A program made the translations under genes and the position numbers. A stretch of DNA of 63,772 bases, filler included, from a bacterium (GTDB lineage Bacteria > UBP15 > UBA6099 > JAJRTR01), in NCBI GenBank assembly GCA_024278215.1. It is 3 parts of 3 records of this genome, joined end to end, with 100 filler letters (N's around TTAATTAATTAA, not from the genome) between each part and the next. Parts side by side here need not be neighbours in the genome. Positions count along the whole stretch, not along the records: positions 1 to 30,066 come from JAJRTR010000170.1; 2 more parts are not named here. The stretch is one strand, 5' to 3'. The notes beneath the pieces were generated by a model that was given only the letters and a program-made list of their open reading frames with translations, did no database searches and was not told where the DNA came from. Of the stretch, positions 1 to 10,259 are shown piece by piece; the stretch's first letter is position 1, and the number at the start of each line of letters is the position of its first letter.

Positions 1-5
1 CATAC

Positions 6-3000
6 ATGGCCGGTATCACTATCACCGACGGAACAACCACTGCGACACGCGACATCCGCATCTATGTAGACGCCGCGAGCACCACGAGCACAACCATTGC
101 GCGCGGCACCGAACCCACTGCCGCCAAGGCTATTCTTTTCGGCCAGACCGACAACGAACTTTCCAAAACCGACCTGGACTCGGCAAGGGGCGAGCTTCTC
201 ACCTTGCTCAAAACCGAGCCGCAGAACGCAGAAGCGCTGTTCCTCATGGGACTTGTTTCCCTGCTCGACGAAGGCGACAGGCTCTATGATGTCATGGACG
301 AAACACTGGACCACGGCGAAAGCGTGTTCCCGTTTACAAACGGAACTATCCCACAAGTAACATCGAGAGTAGCGGCGGCGCTTGTTCCGGCGCAGGGAAT
401 AGAGACCGGCATCCTCCAGTCGTTCTCCGGTCGCTCCGCCGGCGGTACTACCGGCACGGGCGGCACACTTAACGAAGACTCGTCTCCCGCGGAATTCCAG
501 GCGGAACTCATGCGTGTCATCGGCTCTCTGGAAAACGCTGAAACATATCTCGACTCCGCATCCAAGTATCTCGAATCCAATCCGACCGATTACTTCACGA
601 TCCCCAGAGATATTTTCGACACGGAGTCCGGCCTCAACTACTATATAGACAGCGGTGATCTCGAGATCATCACAGGCCTGATACAGCAACTGCTCGGATT
701 CGCTTATGCCGGAACCGCTTACAACATGTATGAAGGTTCCTTCAGCTGGGATGCCGCGGTGACGGACTCCGATTCGAGCGGCTACTATGAACCCGCCGAG
801 TATCTGCCCACCGGCGACTGGGGCACCCTCAGAGCCGACGGTGCCGACAGACTCGCAAAAGCAAAAACATTCCTGAGAAAATCATTCGCTTCACTTACCG
901 ACGGCATCGACGACACACTCGCGGAAACTACCGACAGCAACGAACTAATCCCGATTCACGCGGACGCGCTTCTGAAGGAAGAGCTCAAGAGCATCAAGAA
1001 CGGGCTGCTGCTGGTCGACGACATGATCTCGATCGATATGAGCGCGGAATCGAACCTGAGCGACATACTTGTCGTCAACCTTGGCGCTCTGTTCGATACT
1101 CCCGTTTCAGACTGGAAAGCCGTCGCGCCGGATTGTCTCGACACCAGCTGCAAATATATAAAACGCGGCACGGACGGTATTCCATATCTGCCTGACGAAA
1201 CATTCTCCGGCCTCATCCCGGACGGGATCCCGGATTCGCTCTGGACCGAAATCGACGATTCTTTCTACTGCCAGTGCTACAATGAATTCGATAATCCGGA
1301 CAACAGCATCTGCGGCAGTCTGCCGGAGAATATCTACACTGCAATATCCGGATTAACCTGTCCGCTCGTGTCGGCAGCTACAGACACGGTCGGTACAATC
1401 GCAAGCGTTACAGGCCTCAGCGACCTGCTCCAGCCCGGCACGGACGGCCTATCGGAAAGCGAGTTCGAGAGTGCGAAATCCAGCATCCTCTCTTACCTCT
1501 CAAGCAATCCCGACGACGCCGACGCCAACATGGCGGCGTTCATCGTCGCTCTGGCCGACGAGAACGAAGTCTGGGCCGACATCATGAACAGCGAAAGCAT
1601 GTTCCCGTTCACCTACGACTTCTCCGACGCGGTAAACACCGACCGAAAGGTTTCCATGATTACGGCGGGCGCGCTCGAATCGAGCCTTTCGGCTGTGCGC
1701 CCCGACGCGGGCGTCGCGGCTTTCTCGAGGCTCGACGCCGCTCTGCCCAGAATCACAGGCCGCACGGCAACTCCGTTTGCCGACCCGGACAATCCGACTT
1801 ACGCCGAATACAAGCGCGAGACGGAAACATTCGCCCTGACAGGCGGCACAGCGGATACTCTTATCGCCTACCTGGACAAGGTCATAACACATATAGCCTC
1901 CGACGCGAGCTACACTTTCGACATCCCGGCGGACAACCAGGAAATATCCACACAGTGGATCACTATCGACGCCGGAGATATATATCTTCTCAAGGGCGCT
2001 CTCCAGTTCGTACAGGGTATGGCTTACTACGGCCTCGCCTACGACTGGACCGGTATCGACGACGATGACTTCAGCATCGATCCCGACCAGGTCAAAAACG
2101 ACGCCGCAGACGGTGTGACCTCCCCCGACGAATACCTGCCCGCCTCGCCGTTCGGAGAACTCGTCAACAGTTCCTACATCACAAGCGCCAAAACACTGCT
2201 CGACGATTCGCTCGACAACATGATCGCGGCGGTCGACCTCATACAGGCCGAAACCACGGACGAAAACGAGCTCATCGAGTATAATTCCAAACTCGACGAC
2301 CAGTTGCTCGTCGACGAAACCGAGTATGGCCTTAAAGCCCTCAAGGCAATGTTCGACGGCGTGCAGGTCGCGGCGCCGGCAGAGGAGATCGTCGGCATCG
2401 ACACAGATGTCACGTTCCTTACTTATGTCGATCTCTCGGCACTGTTCAACACACCGCCGGCCGACTGGAAAGACCTCGCCATTACCTACAACAACGACGG
2501 CACATACACAATGCCCGACGCCACGTTCGGCGGTCTCTTCCCCAACGGATTCCCCGAATCCGCGGCATTCGATAAAAAAGGCACCGGTGAATATTGCCTC
2601 TACATGGTATGGGAAGGTGCCGAAGATGGAATCGCCATACAGCCCGCACAGGACCTCCAGATAACGATGGACGGCCAGACGGCTTCCGTCAGCGCCGGCC
2701 AGAACGGAGACGGCAGCAATTGCTTTACGTTCGACAGCGAAGTGACGGTCAACCAGCTTGGCGGAACCATTATGACGATCACACCCACCGCCGCCGCGAC
2801 ACGCGAGGCGATGAGCGAGATTTATTATTACGAGGATAATGTAGATAAACCATACCTGCTCACCGGCACCACTGCGTATTCAAGGGTGTTCGATCTACAC
2901 AGCACGGCATGGAATTACTGGTACGGCTCGACAATAGCACCGGTAAGTGTCACTGTTGTCGTTCCGGACACCGTGGCCCCGACAAACCTCGAACTCGATG

Positions 3001-3626
3001 TCACATCCGGCGGTACATATTCCGGTGTGCCCCTGTTCGGCGCGACAGCAAGGGACACCGGCGTTGTCGACTACTTCGAACTCTACATCGATGGAACCAA
3101 AACAACGACGAAAACCGCGGACGCCAGGTTCATGTATGAATCTACAGAGGGAAGCTACTATTACTTCTATCAATATGAAGCCATGTTCCGGACGGACACG
3201 ACCACAATGTCCGACGGCGACCATACACTTCAGGTCAAGGCGGTAGACGGCGGCGGCAACGCTACCAGCACAACTGCGGTCACCATCACCATCGACAACA
3301 CGAATGTCGGCACAATATCAGGTTCCGTAACAAACAACTACGGCGATTTCAGCAATATCAATGTCTTCATAATGGATTCGTCGCAACATGTCGCGGGCAC
3401 TACAAATGCAAGCAGTACCGACGGCACTTATACCCTGTCAGGCATTCAGCCCGGCACATATTCAGTATATGCTTTCCAGGATACGAACGGGAACATGGAG
3501 CCCGACTACTATTCGGAATATTGCGGCGTCAACTCGACACCTGCGGTCGTGACCGTCGGCGGATCGACAACCGGCGTCGATATCGCCATAAATGACGCTT
3601 ATTATTACGTTCTTTCAGGCGGATAG
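6..3626 (+). CDS. Large acidic secreted/surface protein, probably 5'-truncated; tandem ~360-aa duplicated domain plus C-terminal Ig-like (Big) and carboxypeptidase-regulatory-like domains
   Basis: 1206-aa D/T/S-rich ORF open at the window edge. Internal duplication is visible (FPFT, IDxGD, EYLP, AETTDxNELI, DxTFxGLxPxG). C-terminus has DTVAP...DGDHTLQVKAVDGGGN and GTISG...GTYTLSGIQPGTYSVYAF. Confidence 0.75.
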   Translation: MAGITITDGTTTATRDIRIYVDAASTTSTTIARGTEPTAAKAILFGQTDNELSKTDLDSARGELLTLLKTEPQNAEALFLMGLVSLLDEGDRLYDVMDETLDHGESVFPFTNGTIPQVTSRVAAALVPAQGIETGILQSFSGRSAGGTTGTGGTLNEDSSPAEFQAELMRVIGSLENAETYLDSASKYLESNPTDYFTIPRDIFDTESGLNYYIDSGDLEIITGLIQQLLGFAYAGTAYNMYEGSFSWDAAVTDSDSSGYYEPAEYLPTGDWGTLRADGADRLAKAKTFLRKSFASLTDGIDDTLAETTDSNELIPIHADALLKEELKSIKNGLLLVDDMISIDMSAESNLSDILVVNLGALFDTPVSDWKAVAPDCLDTSCKYIKRGTDGIPYLPDETFSGLIPDGIPDSLWTEIDDSFYCQCYNEFDNPDNSICGSLPENIYTAISGLTCPLVSAATDTVGTIASVTGLSDLLQPGTDGLSESEFESAKSSILSYLSSNPDDADANMAAFIVALADENEVWADIMNSESMFPFTYDFSDAVNTDRKVSMITAGALESSLSAVRPDAGVAAFSRLDAALPRITGRTATPFADPDNPTYAEYKRETETFALTGGTADTLIAYLDKVITHIASDASYTFDIPADNQEISTQWITIDAGDIYLLKGALQFVQGMAYYGLAYDWTGIDDDDFSIDPDQVKNDAADGVTSPDEYLPASPFGELVNSSYITSAKTLLDDSLDNMIAAVDLIQAETTDENELIEYNSKLDDQLLVDETEYGLKALKAMFDGVQVAAPAEEIVGIDTDVTFLTYVDLSALFNTPPADWKDLAITYNNDGTYTMPDATFGGLFPNGFPESAAFDKKGTGEYCLYMVWEGAEDGIAIQPAQDLQITMDGQTASVSAGQNGDGSNCFTFDSEVTVNQLGGTIMTITPTAAATREAMSEIYYYEDNVDKPYLLTGTTAYSRVFDLHSTAWNYWYGSTIAPVSVTVVVPDTVAPTNLELDVTSGGTYSGVPLFGATARDTGVVDYFELYIDGTKTTTKTADARFMYESTEGSYYYFYQYEAMFRTDTTTMSDGDHTLQVKAVDGGGNATSTTAVTITIDNTNVGTISGSVTNNYGDFSNINVFIMDSSQHVAGTTNASSTDGTYTLSGIQPGTYSVYAFQDTNGNMEPDYYSEYCGVNSTPAVVTVGGSTTGVDIAINDAYYYVLSGG

Positions 3627-3698
3627 TATCCCTGAATAAAGATACATTCAACACAAATCGGGAATGTATCTTTGCAATAAAACCCGAGACAATATCAG

Positions 3699-3732
3699 AC
3701 CGCCGCCCCTGTATCGGGAGCGGCGGTTTTTT
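3699..3732 (+). terminator. Rho-independent terminator
   Basis: ACCGCCGC..GCGGCGGT hairpin followed by a T-tract, downstream of the 3626 stop. Confidence 0.8.
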
Positions 3733-3849
3733 ATCAGGCCCCTATCGCGCCGCAGGCAACAACTTATTGTTGCTATCCTGCATTCCTTACAAACAAAATG
3801 ATCTGCTTAGTGCTCGTGTGCTGAAAAGAGAAGTTTATAGCTGTAGCGA

Positions 3850-4851
3850 CTATTCTTTCGGCAGATAATAGTCCAGATTCTCCCTGAAGTAATCGAATGT
3901 TTCAACAAGGCCTTCGCGCAGCCCGGTTGTGGGTTTCCAGCCGAGTTCGTTCTTTATAAGGGTGCTGTCCGCAATAAAATCACCGACTTCGATCTTTTTA
4001 TATTCATCCGGCCACGGCACAAGTTCATAGCTCCCCTGCCCCGCCACTTCGATCATCATCTTCACCATGTCGACAAACTTTATCCGGTCTCCAGCGCTTA
4101 TGTTATAAACTTTGCCGACTGCTTCCTCTTTTACCCCGGCGAGTATGAACGCATCTATCATGTCGTCGATATACGTGTAATCTCTCAACTGCGAGCCGTC
4201 GCCGAAGATTTTTATCCGCCTGCCGCCCAGAATGAGTCCGACAAACCAGTTCAGGATGCCGAACTTACTGTGTTCGATCTGCGCGCGTGCTCCGTAGCCG
4301 TTGCTGAAACGCATTATTACATAAGGTATCCCGTATGCGTTGCCGTATATTTTATGATACTCTTCGGCGGCATACTTGTTAATACCGTAAATATCCACCG
4401 GGTTGGGTCTCGTGGATTCCGTGGCGGGTGTCTCGAAGGGGCTGCCGTAAACAGCGCGGGTGGATGTGTACACGACACGCGCGCCGGGGTTGTTGTTTTT
4501 GACGGCTTCAAGAAAAACTATGTTGCCGCGGCAGTTTATATCGACATCGAGAAACGGGTCTTTCATGCTGTCCGTATGGCTGGTCTGGGCGGCGATGTGA
4601 AAGATAATATCCTTATTCCTGACGACCCGGTTCATTACATGTTCATCGCGAATGTCGCAGAGGTTCAATTGAACGTCCTGCTCGATTCCTTTAATGTTGC
4701 GCGGATTCGCGCCGTGGCCGGGCAGGAAGTTGTCTATCAGTGCAACATCCGCGCCGAGCGCGACGAGCCTGTGGGCGAGAGTGCTGCCCATAAAGCCGAG
4801 GCCGCCTGTGATGAGTATCTTTTTGCCGTTGTATTGCTTTTCAGCATCCAT
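3850..4851 (-). CDS. NAD-dependent epimerase/dehydratase (extended SDR)
   Basis: ITGGLGFMGS Rossmann motif and YGINK catalytic motif; start taken at MDAEK. Confidence 0.9.
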   Translation of the reverse strand: MDAEKQYNGKKILITGGLGFMGSTLAHRLVALGADVALIDNFLPGHGANPRNIKGIEQDVQLNLCDIRDEHVMNRVVRNKDIIFHIAAQTSHTDSMKDPFLDVDINCRGNIVFLEAVKNNNPGARVVYTSTRAVYGSPFETPATESTRPNPVDIYGINKYAAEEYHKIYGNAYGIPYVIMRFSNGYGARAQIEHSKFGILNWFVGLILGGRRIKIFGDGSQLRDYTYIDDMIDAFILAGVKEEAVGKVYNISAGDRIKFVDMVKMMIEVAGQGSYELVPWPDEYKKIEVGDFIADSTLIKNELGWKPTTGLREGLVETFDYFRENLDYYLPKE

Positions 4852-4922
4852 GTTTTTCTCCGTTAAGCAACTAGTTGACAACTATCGAATAAAAACGGTT
4901 ATTGTTCTACAATGTACGAAAC

Positions 4923-6083
4923 TCAGTATTTCCGGTAATTCATGCCGAAGGGGTCCTCGCGCCAGTTTCCCATGAAATCCACAAGCGTTTCGAACCCGGC
5001 GGATTCCCCCTTCATTACATAATAACCCGAGTTGCACACGCCCATCAACAGCGAGGTCTGCGGGTCCTCTCCCAGCGCCTGAGCAAGAGCGAAACCAGCA
5101 TTGAAATGATCGCCCGCACCGGTAGTGATCAACGGTCGATCCGTCACCGGCCCCTCCTGCCTGTATGTCCTGCCGCCGATTGTCGCGACCGCGTAATGGA
5201 TGGGATGGACGACAACGGAATATATGCCGAGATGGTCGGCTATCGCTTCACACATTGCAACCGGCCGGTCGGCGGCTTGCCGCGTGTCGTCGCGCCCGAT
5301 CACCCGCGAGATCTGCTGCGCCTCGCGTTCATTCAGCCCGAAAAGCACCCGGTAATATTTCGAGAACTTTTTCAGTTGTCCGAGCATCCTTTTTATGGCG
5401 GCATCGCTTCTTTTCTGGGGGTCTGCAAGGTCCACAAAAAACAACCTGTCTTCCGCCGCGCCGCCGAGTTTCGGGCACACCTCATCGAGCAGCCTGTCCC
5501 ATATATCCGACATGAAAGAAACCATCGTCCAGTTCACGAGCGCAAGCAGGTCCGCGCTTTCGAGAATCTTCAGTAGATTCTCAAATCCGACGACTTCAAG
5601 AATTTTATCCCAGGTTATATCCACAACCGACGCGGATTTTCCGATCATGATTTTTCCGTCATTGAATTCAACGGCATCCGTGCGACATGGCCGGGCAAGC
5701 GAATAGTGTCTGATTTTTTTTGCGAAACTTCTGAAAACCGGATGAATTTCCGGTCTGCCCAGGTTACCGATATAAGTAGTATCCGCACCGAGCGAATAGA
5801 GCGCCTCTGCCATGATCGGACCGTTACCGCCTATTTTTCTGCGCTGCGTAACAAACTCGATGTTGCCGCTCTTTCCGGCGAAACTGGAGATTCGCTCTCC
5901 GAATTCAGCAATCGTCTTTACACGCACGAATTCATGCGGATTCAATCTTTTGTCCACAACATGGACAATCTCGTCGATATACCCGTCGAGCCCGACAACT
6001 GCCTGTATGCCACCCGGCGATATTAGATTCTGCTCGAGTTTTATTTTAAGTGATTCAGCAGCTTTTTTCTCTTGTTCCATCAT
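4923..6083 (-). CDS. PfkB/ribokinase-family carbohydrate kinase
   Basis: N-terminal GGNG and C-terminal TTGAGDHFNAG PfkB signature. Confidence 0.8.
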   Translation of the reverse strand: MMEQEKKAAESLKIKLEQNLISPGGIQAVVGLDGYIDEIVHVVDKRLNPHEFVRVKTIAEFGERISSFAGKSGNIEFVTQRRKIGGNGPIMAEALYSLGADTTYIGNLGRPEIHPVFRSFAKKIRHYSLARPCRTDAVEFNDGKIMIGKSASVVDITWDKILEVVGFENLLKILESADLLALVNWTMVSFMSDIWDRLLDEVCPKLGGAAEDRLFFVDLADPQKRSDAAIKRMLGQLKKFSKYYRVLFGLNEREAQQISRVIGRDDTRQAADRPVAMCEAIADHLGIYSVVVHPIHYAVATIGGRTYRQEGPVTDRPLITTGAGDHFNAGFALAQALGEDPQTSLLMGVCNSGYYVMKGESAGFETLVDFMGNWREDPFGMNYRKY

Positions 6084-6303
6084 TACAACCCGCCCCGGTT
6101 CATCTTGTTGCGCCGCAGGATATAGTATATACTTCTGATGTTTTTATGTGAAGTGAATGTTTGCTGTTGCATATAACGTAGAAACGACATCGGCGGGGGA
6201 AAACACCCGATTCCCTCCTTCGCGGGGTGCGGCATGATGGCGCGAACAGCGCAACAAGAGCCCAGCCGCCAACACCTGATAATTTGAACATGAGAACACT
6301 ATT

Positions 6304-6894
6304 ATGAGTCCGGGACCGGAAGATGAAAAAAAACTCGTCGAGCAAGCGAAGCAGGGGGATTACGCTTCGTTCGACAAGCTCGTGTCGTTGTACGAGGACC
6401 GCATATATCACCTTGCGATAAAAATGCTTTCCGAGGAGCAGGATGCACACGAAGTGGTTCAGGAAACATTCCTGAGCGCATATAGAAATCTTAAATCATT
6501 CAGGGGTGAAGCTTCATTCTATACATGGATCAACAGGATCGCCGTGAACGCCTGCTACAAGAAGCTGCGCGGGCGTAAGAAGGACGAGCGGAGCCTTTCC
6601 CTGGACGATGTGCATCCTTTCCCCGAAGGCAAACCGCCGGGGGCGGGTGTCGCCAACTGGGATTTCAATCCGGTCAGAAAAACGATGAATACCGAACTGG
6701 GGCAGAAGATGAAGGAAGCGATAATGAAACTGCCTGAGAAATACAGGATTGTGTTCTATTATAAGGATATAGAAGGCTTGACCAATGAGAAAATAGGAGA
6801 GATTCTGGACCTGTCTGTTCCGGCGGTGAAGTCGCGGCTGAACCGCGCAAGGCTTTTCCTGCGTAAAGAACTTGCCGCATATTTTAATGTATAA
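6304..6894 (+). CDS. ECF sigma-70 factor (RpoE/SigW-like)
   Basis: Region 2 DAHEVVQETFL..FRGEASFYTWINRIAVN; region 4 LPEKYR..VKSRLNRAR. Confidence 0.92.
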   Translation: MSPGPEDEKKLVEQAKQGDYASFDKLVSLYEDRIYHLAIKMLSEEQDAHEVVQETFLSAYRNLKSFRGEASFYTWINRIAVNACYKKLRGRKKDERSLSLDDVHPFPEGKPPGAGVANWDFNPVRKTMNTELGQKMKEAIMKLPEKYRIVFYYKDIEGLTNEKIGEILDLSVPAVKSRLNRARLFLRKELAAYFNV

Positions 6895-7094
6895 AAGGAA
6901 TAACTTGATTGTGCGTTTTTGAAAAACGAGATACTTCACTTAGTATGGCAGAAAACAGGGTGACGGAAGGGTATCATCCTGACGCGGAGCCGAAAAAACC
7001 TTCTTTCGCACAATAAACTTGTAGAGCGAAAATACGGAATAATAGTAATCCCATTGGAATGAATGGTTATTGCTTCCGGAGCATAAGATAAGTA

Positions 7095-7892
7095 ATGCAA
7101 TCTGCAAATGAAAAAGTATATGACATAGTGAACCTTTCGTGTGAGATGGGAGGGCAGAAAATCCTCGACGGGGTCAGCTTCAGCATTTCACAAGGTGAGT
7201 TTGTCGCAGTCATCGGTCCCAACGGTGCGGGGAAATCGACACTGCTCAAGCATCTTGTCGGAGTGAAAAAACCGCCTCCGGGCACAGTGCGGCTTTTCGG
7301 ACGCGAGATAAACGACATCAAACAAAGAGAGATAGCGTTGAAGGTCGGCTATGTGCCGCAAAGCTCACCTGTATACCTGCCGTTTACAGTTCTGCAATTC
7401 GTCATGATGGGACGGTATCCTCATATGAATCCGCTGCTCCGGCCCGGGCGCGAGCATATCGACACTTCGATGGAATATATCAACAAGGTAGGCATGACGG
7501 ACTTTGCGGGCAGGCGGATGGATATGTTGAGCGGCGGCGAAAGACAGAAAATATTCATCGCTTCCGCACTCGCGCAAGAGCCTGAGATCATCCTCCTTGA
7601 CGAGCCGACAACATATCTCGACCCGCGGCATCAGTGTGATGTCCAGTCTATCCTGGCTCACCAGAACAGCGGCAACGGACTGTGTGTGCTTGCGGTGACG
7701 CACGACATAAATTTCGCTTCGCGTTTCGCCGGGCGGGTTATCGCCCTGAAGAAAGGAAAACTCGTTTTCGACGGTACACCGGAAAAGATAATGAATAAAG
7801 AAACTCTCGAAGGCCTGTTCGACACGAACTTCGACATAATCGAATCCGGGATCGACGGCGCGGCATGTGCTTTTCCAAACAGAAATATATGA
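7095..7892 (+). CDS. ABC transporter ATP-binding subunit, iron-siderophore/cobalamin (FecE/BtuD) type
   Basis: GPNGAGKST, LSGGERQ, LLDEPT, VTHD; VMMGRYPH typical of this family. Confidence 0.9.
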   Translation: MQSANEKVYDIVNLSCEMGGQKILDGVSFSISQGEFVAVIGPNGAGKSTLLKHLVGVKKPPPGTVRLFGREINDIKQREIALKVGYVPQSSPVYLPFTVLQFVMMGRYPHMNPLLRPGREHIDTSMEYINKVGMTDFAGRRMDMLSGGERQKIFIASALAQEPEIILLDEPTTYLDPRHQCDVQSILAHQNSGNGLCVLAVTHDINFASRFAGRVIALKKGKLVFDGTPEKIMNKETLEGLFDTNFDIIESGIDGAACAFPNRNI

Positions 7893-8896
7893 TGGAAAAC
7901 AGAAAAATACGTACACAAAACTTTGTTTTCATTGCAATTGCGCTGGTCGTGCTTGCAATTGCTCCGTTTATAGGCAGCCAGTCGATAAGCTTCGCGGACA
8001 TCGCGGGAATATTCGGCGGAGGAGCGATAAGCACCGGACAGAGGATATTCTGGGATGTGCGGATGCCGCGCGTGCTGCTGGGATTCATCACCGGGGCGAC
8101 GCTTTCAGTCTGCGGCATGACGTTTCAGGCAATGTTCAGAAACCCGCTTGCAACTCCGTTTACGCTCGGCGTATCAGGGGGCGCGGCCCTGGGTGCGGTG
8201 ATCGCAATAAAACTGGGAATCGCAACGACAGTAATGGGGATAGCCCTGCCGGGCGCGCAGGTGTTCGCCTTTATCGGCGCGCTTGGTTCAATAGTCATAG
8301 TTTACGGTATTGCGCGTGCAAAAAAGGGTTTTACCATGGCTACTATGCTGCTGACCGGCATCGCGATGAGCTTCTTTTTTTCCGCATCCATTATGTTTAT
8401 CCAGTACCTCGCGGATTTCGCTCATTCATTTTCAATCGTGCGCTGGATGATGGGTGGGATTGCCGTAGTCGGCTACAGGCAGGTGCTTCAGCTTGCCGCA
8501 TTCGCAATTGTCGGAGTAGCTGTAATATTTTCATCACGCAGCGAACTCAACCTCATCCTCACCGGCGACGAGATTGCAACCGGCAGGGGGCTCGATGTCG
8601 AGAGGATGAGAAAGAAATTGTTTTTCGCGGTTTCTATCGCGGCAGGCGCAACAGTCGCGGTCTGCGGCCCCATCGGTTTTGTCGGGCTGATAATTCCGCA
8701 CATAATGCGCCTGATAGTCGGTGCCGACCACTTCGACCTCGCACCCGCCTGCATACTTGGCGGAGGCGCGTTTCTTGTCGTTTGCGATATTGTTGCCCGC
8801 ACGATTATACTGCCGGCGGAAATCCCCATCGGCATAATCACCTCGATGATCGGCGGCCCTTTCTTTATATGGCTGCTCTTCAGGCACCCAAATTAA
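7889..8896 (+). CDS. FecCD/BtuC-family ABC permease
   Basis: RMPRVLLG, FRNPLATPFTLGVSGGA, GPIGFVGLIIPH, EIPIGIITSMIGGPFF; ATGA overlap with the ATPase gene. Confidence 0.92.
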   Translation: MMENRKIRTQNFVFIAIALVVLAIAPFIGSQSISFADIAGIFGGGAISTGQRIFWDVRMPRVLLGFITGATLSVCGMTFQAMFRNPLATPFTLGVSGGAALGAVIAIKLGIATTVMGIALPGAQVFAFIGALGSIVIVYGIARAKKGFTMATMLLTGIAMSFFFSASIMFIQYLADFAHSFSIVRWMMGGIAVVGYRQVLQLAAFAIVGVAVIFSSRSELNLILTGDEIATGRGLDVERMRKKLFFAVSIAAGATVAVCGPIGFVGLIIPHIMRLIVGADHFDLAPACILGGGAFLVVCDIVARTIILPAEIPIGIITSMIGGPFFIWLLFRHPN

Positions 8897-8920
8897 CCCG
8901 CATTGGTGAAATATACGGGT
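8896..8920. repeat. Repeat family A hairpin, minimal TA-flanked copy at the permease stop codon
   Basis: TA-ACCCGCATTGGTGAAATATACGGGT-TA; the motif recurs at ~22807, 30802, 34724, 36361, 41420, 56920. Confidence 0.85.
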
Positions 8921-9002
8921 TAAGCTGTTCCGGCTGAACTTCATGTATTTCTGGATACCAGAACTTGTGTGCATCCGGATGCTTTGTGCGAATTTCGGAC
9001 TT

Positions 9003-9050
9003 TGGACAATTGTAGCCGACCGCAGCAGAATCATAATTTACAATTGGGAC
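9003..9050 (-). repeat. Repeat family B (~49-bp element with inverted ends)
   Basis: Reverse complement GTCCCAATTGTAAATTATGATTCTGCTGCGGTCGGCTACAATTGTCCA matches the copies at 56827 and 59240. Confidence 0.8.
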
Positions 9051-9111
9051 TACAGGCTTCTTTTCTTTGTGCATGGATATAAACATGCAGGTTCAGTTAT
9101 ACTTGATTATT

Positions 9112-10245
9112 ATGGTAAATGAAACGCCAGACAGCGAAGCCGCTACCGGCAAAGAACCGGGAAATAATGCGCCGCCCGCCGATGGCCCCAGGCCGGATCA
9201 GGGTTCCGGCACATCCCCGGAGGCCGAGTTGGCAATGTTGCGCGAGCGGGTGCGGGCGCTCGAGAGTGAGCTTGCAAAGACGGTGGACATCTTCGAGGGG
9301 ATTGTCGAGACGACGGACGACGGGATAATGGTCGAGAACGAGCAGGGACGGGTGTCGCTTGTCAACAGCGGTCTGGTGCGTATGCTCGGCTACGAGGACA
9401 AGAGTGATGTGATAGACAGACCGTGGACTCACTTTTTTTCACTCGAAAGCGAGAAAAAGGTCGCCGGCAGGCCCGGGGTTTACGAGTCGTTGTTGCTGAC
9501 AAGAGACGGCAGAAAAATTCCCATTCTCATCACGAGCACCAGCTTTTCCGTGCAGGGCAGGTATATGGGCGTGCTTTCCGTAATCAAGGACACGACGTTC
9601 CAGAAACAGACAGAAGAACGGCTGCAGGCGCTTTCGCGAAAAGTAATCTCGCTGCAGGAGGAAGAGCGTGCGCGCCTGGCGCGTGAACTGCACGATGAGA
9701 TCGGCCAGCAGATGGCGGCCGTTCAACTAATTATTTCCGGCATAAAGCAGCAGAGCGAACCGCGTCGGGAACACATCCTGATGCTTGCGGACAAGATCAA
9801 AAACATACCGGCTGAACTGAGGCGTATCTGCAAGGGGCTGCGTCCCGCCGCGCTCGATTCGCTCGGGTTGATATCCGCTGTTAATGAAATGACAAATGAA
9901 TTCGTGTCTGTCTACGGAATCAATATTGATGTGAAAATCGAAGAGTTCGACGACAAAGACCTGAAACCGGAAATATCGATAAATGTGTACAGGATTATTC
10001 AGGAAGCGATCTCGAACGCGGTCAGGCATTCAGGCGCGACGGTGATTACTATAGCTATGAAACGAGCCGGCAATAAGGTATTATTAATTATAGCGGATGA
10101 CGGCGGCGGATTCGATCCTTCGCAGAACCGGTCGGGGCTGGGGCTCGACAGTATGCGCGAAAGGGCGGCGCTGTGCGGTGGGACTGCCGATGTTGAATCC
10201 GAACCCGGCAAAGGCACGGAAATAAATGTGATCATACCATTATAA
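9112..10245 (+). CDS. Cytoplasmic PAS sensor histidine kinase (HisKA_3, NarX/UhpB type)
   Basis: EEERARLARELHDEIGQ H-box, RIIQEAISNAVRHS N-box, DDGGGFD and GLGL boxes; no TM segment; start uncertain. Confidence 0.9.
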   Translation: MVNETPDSEAATGKEPGNNAPPADGPRPDQGSGTSPEAELAMLRERVRALESELAKTVDIFEGIVETTDDGIMVENEQGRVSLVNSGLVRMLGYEDKSDVIDRPWTHFFSLESEKKVAGRPGVYESLLLTRDGRKIPILITSTSFSVQGRYMGVLSVIKDTTFQKQTEERLQALSRKVISLQEEERARLARELHDEIGQQMAAVQLIISGIKQQSEPRREHILMLADKIKNIPAELRRICKGLRPAALDSLGLISAVNEMTNEFVSVYGINIDVKIEEFDDKDLKPEISINVYRIIQEAISNAVRHSGATVITIAMKRAGNKVLLIIADDGGGFDPSQNRSGLGLDSMRERAALCGGTADVESEPGKGTEINVIIPL

Positions 10246-10259
10246 AACGGGGGCAGTAA

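Noticed and set aside
6945-7030. Possible c-di-GMP-I or cobalamin riboswitch upstream of the ABC transporter
   Set aside because: Only one 8-bp stem and fragmentary ACAGGG / GACGC..AGCC similarity; the conserved GNRA loop/receptor and B12 box are absent
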